Below are positions 45,653-60,478 of a stretch of 64,000 bases of DNA, in pieces. The stretch is taken from the NCBI RefSeq assembly GCF_009914755.1, contig NC_060932.1; one strand, written 5' to 3'. The notes under the pieces were generated by a model. The model saw only the letters and a program-made list of their open reading frames with translations, ran no database searches and was not told where the DNA came from. This DNA comes from the human T2T-CHM13v2.0 reference genome, Homo sapiens. Within the stretch, counting starts at the first letter, position 1; every line of letters begins with the position of its first letter. Both the position numbers and the translations under genes were made by a program.

Positions 45653-45962
45653 TTTTTTTGCTTGTTTGTTTTTGTTTTATTGAGATGGAGTCTCTCTGTG
45701 TTGCCCAGGCTGGAGTGCAGTGGCACAATCTCAGCTCACTGCAACTGCACTTCCAAGGCTCAAGTGATTCTCCTGCCTCAGCCTCCCAAGTAGCTGTGAT
45801 TACAGGTGTGAGCCACCATGCCCCGCTAATTTTTGTATTTTTAATAGAAGCAGGGTTTCACCATGTTGGCCAGGCTGGGCTCGAACTCCTGACCTCAGGT
45901 GATCTACCTGCCTCAGCCTCCCAAGGTGCTGGGATTACATGGGCGAGTCAGTGCACCCAGCC
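45653..45962 (-). mobile_element. Alu (AluS)
   Basis: T-rich tail plus Alu dimer. Confidence 0.95.
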
Positions 45963-46369
45963 ACCCGCTTTTTATATGATTAAAGATGTACACTCAAAAA
46001 TTTAAAAGATGTTTGATCATAAAAACAGAAATATGTTTTAATTATAGGTTCATCATTTATATCTACATTATTCAAAGTGAAATACACACAACTGTTTTGT
46101 GTTCTGCAGAAAAATGGCTCACTGAGAGATTGATATTGCCCAAAATCTTTGGAATTGAGTAGCTGGAACACCATGTGTGGGATGAAGAGACCCCCGAAGA
46201 ATTTTAGGAGAAAAAAATTGATAAGACATTATTACTAGTAGTAAATCTCTGCATCCTTGATTATATTTTCTACAATCGACTAATCCCTGAATTTAAAAAT
46301 CACTGCTGAATAAAATATTAGAGTCAACAGTAAGATACATTTTGGGCAATTTTGCTGAGCAAACATACT

Positions 46370-46575
46370 TTGACCCTAGTGTTTAATATTTACACATAGG
46401 AATAATATAAATAACACTATGAAGTAGGTATTATATCCCCATTTTATAACTAAGGAAACAAAGATATAGAATGGTTAAATGCCATGTATAAGGTGAATAG
46501 GATGTAGTAGATTCTGAATTCCAGACAAAGAATATTTGATTTCAGAGCCTATGCTCTTAGCCATCATGCTATACT
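46370..46575 (-). mobile_element. MIR
   Basis: Core atccccattttataactaaggaaacaaag. Confidence 0.7.
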
Positions 46576-47088
46576 TGCTGCAATAGAATCAAAACATTCC
46601 ACAGAAAAGTGTTGCAGACACTTTGGAGCCTAAAAATATAATTTCCCATCAGTTCAAAATGGTGGCTAAAACTCAGCATAACAGAGGTAAATATTTTTTA
46701 TATCTTAATATGGCAAAGGAAAAAATAGACATTCTTTTAAAAGCTCAGAAAAGAGAAATTGACATTTAGCAACTGCTTTTGAAAGTCCACATACTTTCAA
46801 AAAGGAATTCTGCCTGGAAAAGGAAACCCTAGTGCTAGGGTTGAATGACTTAAAGGCTTACCACAAACTTCATATTTAAAAGAAATAAGAGTAAATTGAT
46901 GAAATGAAAACAAATACAAAACTACAGTTGAGTAAAGCCTACAAGATAAACTGATTCCCAGATACCATACACACTGTATTTTATATCTTTACTGCAATGT
47001 TTTTACTTTGGCTGTAATGGCTTCAACTTATAGTGCAGCCTATATTCTCTCTACTTATCTAAGCTGATTCTTCAGTTAGGATGCATTA

Positions 47089-47452
<364 letters not shown>

Positions 47453-47761
47453 TATATTTTCTATCCTCAAGATACCCTCAATCTGTAAGACCAATTTCAC
47501 TTGTAATAATGATTTTAATACAGTATAATTGCTTTTATTTCATACAGTAAAGGAAAGATGACATTCCCCACTGCCCTTCTCAGAAATCACTTAAAGTGGT
47601 TAGAAGAGCATGAATAAAAAACCCAAATATCTTCTATGAAATAGATAGATAACTATATCTCTGGACTAAGTAGCAATCAAGGTCAAAAAGAAGTGTCACA
47701 CGACATTGAGAGAGGACATTCGTCACTGCTGACATCAGATAATGCTAGTAGAAAATCATAC

Positions 47762-47782
47762 TTTGAGAAATGTGGCACATAC
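47762..47782 (-). pseudogene. Candidate exon 3 (21 nt)
   Basis: Strong acceptor ttttgttttgtcttcag| and donor AAA|gtatga; reads YVPHFSK or VCATFLK. Confidence 0.45.
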
Positions 47783-48779
47783 CTGAAGACAAAACAAAAC
47801 AAAACAAAAAACATAAAACAATAACAACAAAAAACCTTGTCTAGAACAATGAAAATCATCACAATTACTTGCTTGAAAAACTTTCCTAAACGAAATAGAC
47901 AAGTCAAATTTACAGAAAGAGGTTTATAGATGAAGCATGGTGAAAAAGAACACACTGTAAGCTGACCCATGATTTCAAACCTCTGTGGCATGAAGAGGAG
48001 TGAAGCCTAAATGATCTCTCTTCTCTCTCTCTCTGACACACACATACAGACACACACACACCCACACATCTGCATCACAGAGAATTCTTGCTAGTCAGAA
48101 ACTAGGTTCTATCTTTTTCTCCTCAATGTAAGTTTCTTGGTCCAAGACAATCTCTTAGAAAGGAAAGTCATAATCAAAAGAAACCTACAGGAACATAAGA
48201 TGTTTCATGGCAAAAGGAGAAAGGAAATAAGAAAGGCAAATGGCAAGTAAAAATCTTAGCCAGAAAAATATTTTCATACCATAAATCAAGCTTATACCCA
48301 TACACATGGTCATGAATATACAAAACAATACAGAAATCATAATTATAAAATAAGGAACTAAGGCACAGATACAAGAATTCAGGGAAAATATGGCAAGACA
48401 AAAATAAATAAACCAGGAACTGGTAGAGCTCAGAAGAAATGCAATAAAAATTCAAACTAATAGGATATGACAAATGTTATAAATTAACTGACATTGGCTG
48501 GGATGAGAGGGAGTCTTTAAAGAAGAGAAAAAGTTTGATAGGGATATTAAAGTGTGAATGGATATGAGGACAATCAGAAGACAGAAAGAAGTCTGGCCAA
48601 AGGTAATATAAAGAAAGTCTTAAGTGTATTTTCAGGAAACTAAAGAGGATTACTTATATCTGAAGTGCAGGCTATGAAAGAGAAAGATGATGGATGGGAC
48701 TGGAATTACAGAAAATTACTGGATTTTGGAGAGTATTTTATATACTAATGAATATAACTTCGTGTTATTAATAAAGATG

Positions 48780-49200
48780 ATCCACTGTTGGTTTAAATCA
48801 GAGGATTAACATGATGATTCTTATTTTAGAACAATCACCCTGCCAATAGGTAGGTGAAAACATTGATAAAAAATAGGGGGCAGATAAAGCTGTGAGAATA
48901 ATGGAAGTTTCTTTCAGTAATCCAGATAAGAGATAATGTTCATAATTGTTGACAATGGCTGTAGGGATAGAAAATAGTAGCAAAAATCAAGAAATATTTA
49001 ATGAAAAACATCCACAAAATTGTGTGATAGATGGAATATAGCATGTAAGGAAAAAAACTGAAGAATAACTCCAAGTTTCCAAATTGCTTGATTGATTTGT
49101 TGACATTGTAACAATCAATATAGAAACACTGCTGGATATACATGTTTGGTAAAGGGAAGCAGGAAGAAGAGATAATAAGTTACCTTTAAGTGAGCATATT
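48780..49200 (-). mobile_element. Degraded L2 fragment
   Basis: ttttagaacaatcaccctg; cagtaatccagataagagataatg; gaataactccaagttt. Confidence 0.55.
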
Positions 49201-49849
49201 ATAATAAACCAAAGTAGTACAGATAATAAACTGAACCAAAAGCTAAACATCAAAAATACATTTGACAATTTTTGGTTATTAATTAGGAAAACAATCATGT
49301 TTTCACATCATATTTTATAAAGAATTTTTACCTAGCAAGGTTTTAAATGTCTTGGAATATTAAAATTATCATGAACTCTGCCTCTCAGAAGCAGTAAGAT
49401 CTCAGAGGAGAATTCCCGCAGAAATTACAAAATTTTGAAAAGTCAATCTTTTGGGAAATCAGCCTAAAATATTGAAATCATGTTATAAACTTGGCTAGAA
49501 AACATTAGTACTTTCCAAAAAAATACTTTTCTTCTTTTCTTTCTAAAGTTAATATGTTCTCTGTTAATTTATTATAACAAAAGTCCATGTCATAGCAAAC
49601 ACTTTCTACTTATTTCAAACTTTCATTTAACTTTTAGTTTAACATTGACTTACATGGTAGATATAAACCAGATTTTCTATTGTGCTCTAGAAATTTAAGG
49701 ATGCCTGGGACGTGATTCAATAAAATGCCGTGAAATGTTAGCACCAAGCAAGGCGGTCAGTGACATGGGAAATGCAGAGAAATAAAATGGGTTTCTCTGT
49801 TCACAGGCTATCAGCTCTGTATTAAATAGCACCACATTTATTTACTTAC

Positions 49850-50001
49850 CTTTAGTGTTTCTTACTATGATGTAATGAAAGAAATACTTTGTCTTTTTCT
49901 TAGCATGAGTCTTTCTTTAAATGCTTTTCTTGGCTTTGCTTTTGTGATTTACTTTTCACCTTTATTTTTATTTCTATTTTTAATTTTGATGATGCTTCTT
50001 C
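49850..50001 (-). pseudogene. Candidate decayed exon 2b (152 nt)
   Basis: Consensus donor AAG|gtaagt and acceptor tatgtag|; Lys-rich coding-like sequence with stops in all frames (EEASSKLKIEIKIKVKSKSQKQSQEKHLKKDSC*EKDKVFLSLHHSKKH*). Confidence 0.55.
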
Positions 50002-50273
50002 CTACATAATTATGAAAGACATAACTTTTGAACAGATGTATAGTAATATATTTCCAATATATACAGGTCACAGCACAAAAGGCTTAGAACAGAAAGAGAT
50101 ATGTGATAGCTTTAACATGTGTAATTAGAATTAGGTTGAAAATGGTAGGTATCCATAAGAAAATAATGTTCCTGATCATGCAGAGCTGTGCTGGTGGCTG
50201 TGGGATAAGCAAAGTTACACAAGAAAATCTCTGCCCTTATGAAGTGTATAATATTCTTGCCATGAAAAGTAGG

Positions 50274-50651
50274 TGCTATGGACTGAACTGTGTTCCCTAT
50301 CCCCAATTCATAGGTTGAAGCCCTAACCCCCTGGTATGACTGACTATATTTTGGACTTGGGCTTTTATGGAAGTAATTAAGATAAAACAAAGTCATGAGG
50401 GTGGAGTCCTGATCTAATAAGATTAGTGTTATAAGACAAGACACCAGAGAACTCGCTCTTTCTCACCTCCATCCTGTGAATAGAGTGAGAAGGCAGTGCT
50501 ATAACAGCCAGGAAGAGGGTTATCCCCAGAATCTGGCCATGCTGGTTCCCTGATTTTAGACTTCTAGGTTCCAGATCTGTGAGAAAATATGTTTCTGATT
50601 TTTGAACCATGCAGTCCACAGTACTTTGTTATGACAGCCCAAGCTAAGACA
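50274..50651 (+). mobile_element. MaLR LTR (MLT1B-like)
   Basis: tgctatggactgaactgtgttccc...gttgaagccctaacccc; end gttatgacagcccaagctaagaca. Confidence 0.88.
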
Positions 50652-51246
50652 GCAGACTTACAGCTAAGCACACCAGGTAGGCTACATGTGTGTCCTAGGG
50701 AGCACTGGGTGCCTATGGCACATATTAATTCTGTCTTGGGAACAGAGCCAAGGAGAAAAGGAAGATGCCTTTATAGTGAATCATAAATGATGAGCAGTTT
50801 TTCTATGAGAATAATGTTGCAACTGGATTAACTTGAACAAAGGCACAAACTATGAGGTATGTATGGAGAATTATGGGTCACTTGTGGTGACTGCAGTATA
50901 AGGTATGAGCATGTGGGGAGAATAGAGTAGGAGCAGAAAGGAGAGGAGTCTATAACACAAGATAAGCTGCAAGTGGCAGGTTTTGGGCTTTTGTGGGAGT
51001 AAATACATAATAGCCCTCGTTGACTGGACAAATTAGAATCAATTTAAAAATAATATTAAAAAGTAAGGCATATTTAAAAAATAGCATATTTATTACTGAC
51101 AAAGCTGATCATTTTGCTATTTATGAGACTCATGCTAATTATGCTACTCATATCGTTATGTAAGGGAGTTTTTCAATACTGACATACCCAGTCATGAGCA
51201 GCACTAGGTAATGGAAAGTCTCTCCATGCAAGAGCCTGTGACCATG

Positions 51247-51353
51247 TTAAACCTAAAACAGGCTGCTCTGTCTATGGAGTAGCCATTCTTTATTCCTTTA
51301 CTTTCTCAATAAATTCACTGTCACTTTAAAAAAATAAAATTAAAACTAAAACA
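51247..51353 (+). mobile_element. Poly(A)-tailed ERV1 LTR 3' fragment (LTR8-like) with a 14-bp TSD
   Basis: gctgctctgtctatggagtagccattctttattcctttactttctcAATAAA, then an A-rich tail; TSD ttaaacctaaaaca (51247-51260) / ttaaaactaaaaca (51340-51353). Confidence 0.75.
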
Positions 51354-51478
51354 TAGAAAAGTGGAACAGAATGAATACTTCCCACAGATAGCTGGTTCAA
51401 AAAATAGGAGACGAGAAAAGAGTAAAGTAGGCATGTTCAATTTCTCTCCTGAACATATCATCTAAAGAAGTCTCTTGT

Positions 51479-51787
<309 letters not shown>

Positions 51788-52732
51788 AAGAAGTCTCTTG
51801 TCTTTACCAGAAAAGAAGAGAGCAAAGAAGCAAATAGAGGCCAGGAATGTAGGCTAGTGAAGCCACCCTAAGCTAAGTCTGGATCAGGGGCCTTTGAGAT
51901 AGCTCTTTTATATAGTACTTTTGAAATTTGCAGCAAATGAAATCCAATGGTTAGGTCTTGTCTGAGGTACCTGTCATGTAATAAAAGCTTATTAGTTTGC
52001 ATTTGCCCTTTCAGCCTGTGTTTACTGAACCCCCACACCGCATGAAAGGTGGTTACAAGGGAGAGAGGCTTAACTGTCTTTTGTGAGCATTTTTATTCGT
52101 GTGCCACAGTAGTTTGAATGAGTTCCTCTGCCTATGGAATTTCTTAGCCCTTTGCAACACTAAAGGTGATTTCTCTCCTCTCTTCCCATTTTTTTTTTTT
52201 TCCACTGGACGATCATCCTCAGCAAAGTCCTGATCTAAAGTTGCTTTGTTTCATCAGAATCAAACACATTTAGAATCTTTGGGGATGGATAGTTAGCTAT
52301 GTACTTAAAACTTTGCTCTTCCTTAACTTTTGCACATGCTAGTCTCTCAGCATCTTTTCTTTCTGCCACAGTTTTTTCTAAAGCTGTGGGTGTGGAGTAA
52401 TCATTTTATTTCCCACCATTTTCTCCATTCCTTTAATGCAGTCTCAGTGTACCACAATTTTGCTGAGGCCTGTATACTCTTCCTCACAGTCAATTTAGCA
52501 AATATTGAAACAACCTCTAGCCTGTGGTTAAAGCTGCCATAAGCTGAAGTGTACATTGAAGTAAAAAATCACATGACCAAAGGATTAAAAGTGTTTGTCC
52601 AGGCCATATCAGTTTTTTAAAAAAGTTAATTAGACTACTATAAAGACTAGCCGTAATGCACAATATAGGCTATTGTGAACTTCCAGGGTACTAACCCCAT
52701 ATACCCAGCCCAACAAAAGCTTGACATTCGAG

Positions 52733-52769
<37 letters not shown>

Positions 52770-53042
52770 TTCACTCTTGTTTATTCCCCAAGATTTCAGC
52801 CCAAGGCCAGGAGAACGTTATGGTTTTGAGGAAGTCAATATATAACATTTTGTTTTCCTCATTTGGATTCTAAACCAAATAAAAAAGAAAAATAAGACAT
52901 ATTGAGATTGCTACTGGACATGTAACATATATTTAAGCCAGTAGGCTTCTTAATACTGATGCCCAGAATTAGAAAAATTTACTCACTCAGCTGTCTAGAG
53001 CTGGAATGAGCTGAAAAGGACTGAATTATCAGATATAGTAAT

Positions 53043-53473
53043 TGTGTTAGGTTGTTCCTACATTGTGATAAATAAATACCTGAGACTGGCTGATTTATAA
53101 AGAAAAGAGGTTTAATTGGCTCATCATTCTGCAGGTTTTACAGGAAGCATGGCATTAGCATATGATCAGCTTCTCAGGAGGCCTGAGGGAGTTTATAATC
53201 ATGGTGGAAGGAGAAGGGGGAGCAGGCACATCATATGGTAAAAGCAGGAGCAGGAGTGAGAAAGAAGTCAGGGAGGTGCCACACACTTTTAAATGACTAG
53301 ATCTCACGAGAGTTCGCTCACGATCACAAGGACAGCCCCAAGGGGATGGTGCTAAACCATTCATGAGAAACTGCCCCCATCATCCAATCACCTCTCCACA
53401 GGACCCACCTCCGACATTGAGCATTACATTTCAACATGAGATTTGGGCAGGAACAAATATCCAAACTATATCA
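53043..53473 (-). mobile_element. MaLR LTR (MSTA/MSTB-like)
   Basis: aaatacctgagactgg...aagaggtttaattggctca; end caaatatccaaactatatca. Confidence 0.9.
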
Positions 53474-54869
53474 GAGGCTTGGTGAAGGGCTTCAGTAAAG
53501 AAGCCAACAAATGAAGGTGCCTAGGCTAGGAATGCAGATATGTCTAAGATCATGGTCGGTGTGAAGAGAAGAAGGAGGTATGGAAACAGCTGCTGAGTCC
53601 TTGACTGCAATTTCCTTCAGAAACTGCAATGCACTGGTTGTGTACCAGGTTGGTGTGGGGAGGGCAGCTTTCCTGAGGAGTCTACAGGTGGAGACATTGC
53701 AATTGCTCAGCAAATCATTTTGAGATGAGCAACAGCAATCAGTAGGGTGATCATAAGTGGGATTTAGGCCAGGAGTTAGACCCCTTACCGGTCACAACAG
53801 AACTGACAACTGAAGAGTACTCCATCTCCTTCACTTGAGGTCTTGTCCCTGTAAAACTCAAAGTATGAAGGTGTGTTTCTCATAAGTAGAAGGGATAATG
53901 TAAAGGCACTGCACATGCACTCTATTTTTTTGTTTCTCAAGCTTAGCAGCAAATATGTCATTTCTCTCTCCCAGGGACATTGCAAGTAAAGGAGCAGAAA
54001 GACGCTGGTAGTTGAACATTGATGAAGATCCCTAGATTTTTTTAACCTTATTTTCTATATAAGATGGCAACTTTATTCAAATATTTTGACCAGTAGCATA
54101 CTATGATTAAACAATATCAATCAATTAATAAAGATGCCCACAGGTATCCATAATTTGTCAACATTTGAACCAAGCATCTTTTTCCAGATTTTATTATTCT
54201 CCTCAGATTTCTGGTATCAAGTAAAGTCAATTCAACTTGTAAAAGTGAGAGAGGAATTCTGGAAAGAAAGCAGACCAACCATACAGAGCAATTAGCAAAA
54301 CAAAGACATCGACAGTATCTACAGAAAAAAAAATCGATAATGTATCCTTGTAATTACCAAAATGCAAGTGGGTGGAGGCAGACCTCTGATAGTCTCTTTG
54401 CATGAGAACAGAAGAAAGCGAATGGGCATCTAATAAGTCTGAAATCACACACACACACAAAATAGTACTTAATTGAAAGCTTAGCAAATTATTTTGAGAC
54501 TAGTAGCTGTAATTGGGAAGGTGTACGTACCGATAGTGGTTGAGAACAATGAATCTCTGTGAAGTCCAGTGTAGGGTATCCTGCATCCTAAGAGCTCTTG
54601 AACTAGTTTCATTTCTTTTCCATGATAATACTACCTGATGAGCAGAAGTTTACCTAACTAGAATTCAAATAAATTAGAAAAAAATAGAGGCAAAGGAAAA
54701 AGGAATTTGGATAAAATTGATAGGGAGAAATAGCCAGGAGTTCTTAGAAAATAAGTTGCTATTTTTTAACTCTTTACAAAAATAACAGAAGAGAGAGACT
54801 TAGATCTATGAAATTAGAAATTCTATTTTAAAGTTTAATACAATTAAATTGACAAAATAACTCCCAAAT

Positions 54870-55455
54870 AAAACATAAAACAAAAATTAAATTCTAAGCC
54901 CCCCAACCAACTGAATAGACCCCTTCTTTTAGTCAAGGGGACGCCAAGAATACCTGATAAACTCATTCAGGCCATAATGGGAAGGAGAGGTCAGATATGT
55001 CTCATTAAACTCTCTCCCTTTTGGATTTTACATGTAACTGACCAGCATTAACATTAAAATAGAGACTCTAAGGCTGACACTGATACTCTTCATAGCAATA
55101 AGATACCAGCTTATAACATCACATGACAGAAAACAGGCCTTAAAGATTCCAGCTCTTTAGATAATAAGTTAACTTTTTCAACCAGTTGCCAATCAGGAAA
55201 TATTTGAATCCACATATGACCTGTAAGTCCCTGCTTCAAGTTGTCCTGCCTTTCTGGACCAAACTAATGCATATCTCACAGTATTGATTGGGGTCTTATA
55301 TTTTTAAAAAAATATCTAAAACAAAGCTACATCCCATCCACCTTGGGCATATGTTCTCAAGACCTCCCGAGGCTGCATCATGGGCCAAGCTCCTCACATT
55401 TGGCTCACAATATACCTCTTCTAACATATTACAGAGTTCGGCTTTTTCATCAACA
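54870..55455 (+). mobile_element. ERV1 LTR (MER4D/E-like)
   Basis: aattctaagccccccaaccaactgaatagaccc; ccaccttgggcatatgttctcaagacctcc; end ttacagagttcggctttttcatcaaca. Confidence 0.85.
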
Positions 55456-55459
55456 ACAA

Positions 55460-56488
<1,029 letters not shown>

Positions 56489-56929
56489 ACAATTCTACTT
56501 TTATCATTTCTGGTATCCTTGCAATTCTTAATCTTCTTTGTGGGGAAAAGGAGTTACACACATAACATTGAAGAGGATAAGTTTTACTGAATATGAATAG
56601 AAATTTCAAGTAACATCAAACGACATTTTATTTTTAAAATACCTACATGTGTATTTCTTCTTCTACATGTATGTCTATATTAATGTAGATGTATGATAGA
56701 AAATTATAAAGGTTGGAAAACACACGTGCACATGCACATGCGTGCACACTCACACACACATACACACAGAAGTTCTAATATTGTTCACCATTAGAAATGA
56801 CACTCCTTTGCCCAAACTGTGTTTTCTAAATACTGTCTCCCATGAAAAGGAAACAGAGATACTAGGATAATTGGCTAATTCCAGGTCTGAGGCATAAAAT
56901 CTACAATATATGATTGTTCTACAATATTT

Positions 56930-57610
56930 CTGGAGAAAGTTGTTCTGATAACAAGGTATTTGAAGAGAGACATAACTGACAAGGGAGAGAATAACCTGAG
57001 TTTCTGGGAAATAACATTCTAGATAAAGGGAACAGCAAATGCAAAGTCCACATGTGGAACTGTGCTTGTTGTACTGAGAGTAAGTAGGGAGGTTTTCTTG
57101 GCCATAACTCTGAAAGTGAGGTCAAGAGTAGTAGTCAATGGTGCAATGGACTGGAAGTGTGCGAGGACATGAATTACTCTGTAGGCCATTTTCAGTACCT
57201 TATTGTTTCCTTGAGAGAAATACCTCATGGAATATTTTGATCATATAAGTAACATGATTTGACTTCTGTTTTAAAAGGGTCATTTTAGCTCCTATGTTGC
57301 ATTAGACTATTGGGAGAGGATACTGGATGTGGTGAACCTACTGCTGTAATGTAGGAAAGATTTCACAGATGCTTAAAGTAGTATGAGAGAGTAGTGGTGA
57401 GTGAGAAGTGGCAGAATTCCAATATCTCTTGAAGTTACAATGAATGAGGTTTTGTGATGGCTAGATGCAAGGTGTGTAAGAAAGCAAAATTAAAGGCAAT
57501 CTCAAGATTGTGGACCTGAGCAAGTATAAAAATGGAGCTGGTAATTCCTGAAATATGAAGAATCTGAGAGGTACAAATGTTGACAGGAAAAATCAAGTGT
57601 TAGATTTTGC
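56930..57610 (-). mobile_element. L2 fragment
   Basis: gggaacagcaaatgcaaagtcc; gtaacatgatttgacttctgttttaaaagggtcatt; ggacctgagcaagt. Confidence 0.8.
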
Positions 57611-58656
57611 ACTAATTTCTCACCATGATTATTATTACTAAAATTGTGTAAAATATATTCATTTTGAAATATTGCTTTCTTCCCACTACTACATTTTATT
57701 TCAAACTGTAGTCAATCTTTAAAAGTACATCTTTAATGTCAGAGGCTTTGTCAAAATAAGGATGAGTTTTCAAGCCATCTCACACATTTTTAAAAGATCA
57801 TCATCTTCACTTTCTTCTGAGTTGTAAAAAATATCACCTTTTCAATTTAGGTGTGATATTGTCCCTGGAGATTTTATCCCATATAAAAAGTATTAAGATA
57901 ATCTTTTGAAAAATTTGTCTTATAAGTGTGAATATGTGATCTCAAAATATAAACCACTTATTATACTATAATAAATTTTATAGAGTTCTATAAAGTATTC
58001 TTTAAAGGACTGAATTAAAACACCATGAACATTTGCAATGTAGATACTGACACTTTAAGAAAATATTATTCAAACATGTAAAGTCCTTTTGAATTTTTTC
58101 TAATTGAAACTGATGATCTCATTCAAAATGAACAGTGGTTTTGATTAAGGTTATTTTAGAAGAGTATGTCTTACCCAAACAGTATTAGCTTGTTCAAAAT
58201 AAAGTAATTGTGAAAGTACCTTTTAATATGAAAAGCATCGCAAGTACAAGCATAAGAAGCTACTCTGTTTTCAAAGTAATAATTTTTGGTTGTGAGGGAA
58301 TAAAAACATAAGCAAACTGAAATACATTCAAAAATAAACAGTTATTCACTGACCCAAATTTTTAAAAATCTTTGTATTTTTTAATCCATGTAAAATATAT
58401 CAATCTAATATTTAAACATTTGTATTAATCTCTGGAATTTCAGGGACATAACTATATTTACACATACCTTTATAACCCACAAAGGAAGAAATTTAAAACT
58501 ACCAAACCCCTTCTAGTTAACAACATTTTATAGACAAGATAGCAGCATCAAAAAACATTCAATACTATAATATTTAATACAAGCTTAAATATCACTTATG
58601 TTCAGCAAGTTAAGAAGGATTAATAGCCTGGTAGCTTTCAATTACTGCTCACTTAC

Positions 58657-58704
58657 ATTTTAAAGTAATTGCTTCATAAAGCTTGTTCCCAAATTTCACA
58701 TATT
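58657..58704 (-). pseudogene. Candidate exon 2a (48 nt)
   Basis: Donor AAT|gtaagt and weak acceptor ttttatcctctgtatactgag|; reads YVKFGNKLYEAITLK stop-free in phase 1. Confidence 0.4.
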
Positions 58705-59489
58705 CTCAGTATACAGAGGATAAAATTAATGCCATTATTTTTAAGAAACCAATAGCATTGTTGGAGAGTAAAATTTGAGACTAACTCATTATAACCCAGA
58801 GAAGAGTTATGTGACGCCTCCCTAGGAAACAGTACTCCTGAGGTCAAGATATTCTGTGACAAAACTGAATGTATTCACATATTTAAAGAAAGAATGTGTC
58901 AGTTGGAAAGAGGTGGAGAATCTATGGAATACTAGAGAAAAAAACAGCATTGGAAACACTGGTATATCCATCTTCCCAGGGATGACAGCATTTTACCTAA
59001 GGGTCTCCCAGTATGTCCCACTGAAAAACATTCCTATTATAAAATAAATACAAAGGGTCTATGTTAATTTTTCTAACCCCATTCATCCTTATGACATGTT
59101 TGTCAACAGAATTTCTATTTATGGATTCTTTGTGCGGAGAGAATCAGCTGATTGTATCAAAATATATTGAAATAATTCACAGCATTTTTTAAAGTTTGAT
59201 CTCACATACCCCTCCTTACTATTCTCTAATTCTTTGTTTCCTTCTACATTATTCTTCTTAATAGTTTTCTGTAGTCTCTTGATAATTCTTCTTATTTTCT
59301 TTTGAACATATCCAAAGCAGAATTTTATCCTAGTCTGACCACTGAATCAGTTCTTGTTAAGTTGACCACCATAATGCCATGACCAACAGTCAATTGGTCC
59401 TCTTATTATGTGATATTAGCAGCTTTAAGACTATTAATAGTTTTCAACATATAGCAAATAAAAAATAATACAAGACCCCATATAACCCT

Positions 59490-60478
59490 TACATATTTCT
59501 TTATTATTACGCATTATAATTTGCTAAAAATACTTCACATGAGATCTACTCTTTAAAATTTTTAAGTGCACAATACAATATTGTTGTCTATAGGCACAAT
59601 ATTATATAGAGGTGTATTAGTCTGTTCTCATGCTGCTAATAAATGCATACTTAAGACTGGGTAATTTATAAAGGAAAGAGGTTTAATTGACTCACAGTTC
59701 CACATTTCTGGGCTTCAAAATCATGGCAGAAGACAAAGGAGGAGCAAAGTCAGGTCTTACATGGCGACAGGCAAGAGAACATGTGTAGGGGAACTCCCCT
59801 GTATAATATCATTAGATCTCATGAGACTCATTCACTATCACGAGAACAGCACAGGAAAGACCCACCCCTATGATTCAATTATATCTATCTGGCCCTGCCC
59901 TTGGCACGTGGGGATTATTATAATTTAAGGTGAGATTTGGGAGGGAACACAGCCAAACACTATCAAGTGTCTCTGTTATTTATTCATCTGTGTAACTGAA
60001 ACTTATTATCCATTGAAAAGCAGCCTCCTATTTCCTTCTCTCTCTAACCTTTGACAACTACCATTCTACTATCTGTTTCTTTGATTTTGACTATTTTAGA
60101 TACATTATATAAGTGGAATCGTGTAGTATTTGTCCTTCTGTGATTTGTACACTGTTAGTGGGAATGCAAAATAGTACAGCCATTATGAAAAACAGTACGG
60201 AATTTCCTCAGAAAATTAAAAATAAAACTGTGATGTGATCCAGTAATCTCCACTTCTGGGTGTATATATACAGATATCCCAAAGAGATATCTGTACTCCT
60301 ATGTGTATTGCAGCATTATTCACAGTAGGCAAGGTATAGAAATAATCTAAATTTCCATTATAAGTAGATAAATAAATTGTGAGATATATAAAACATAAAA
60401 TATTATTCATTCTCATAAAAGAAGGAAATTTTGCTTTGTGTATCATCATGGATAAACCTAGAAGGCATGATTCTAAGC
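59490..60478. mobile_element. L1MA/L1MB 3' end with 5' inversion (minus 59490-60143, plus 60145-60478), interrupted by THE1
   Basis: Minus piece ends gtagtatttgtccttctgtga; plus piece runs tgtacactgttagtgggaatg...ggataaacctagaaggcat. Confidence 0.75.
59613..59966 (-). mobile_element. MaLR LTR THE1 (THE1B/C-like)
   Basis: tgtattagtctgttctcatgctgctaataaa...cagccaaacactatca. Confidence 0.92.

Noticed and set aside
45625-46005. 126-aa ORF, and similar ORFs at 37783, 56328 and 63168
   Set aside because: Typical Alu-derived translations, not genes.
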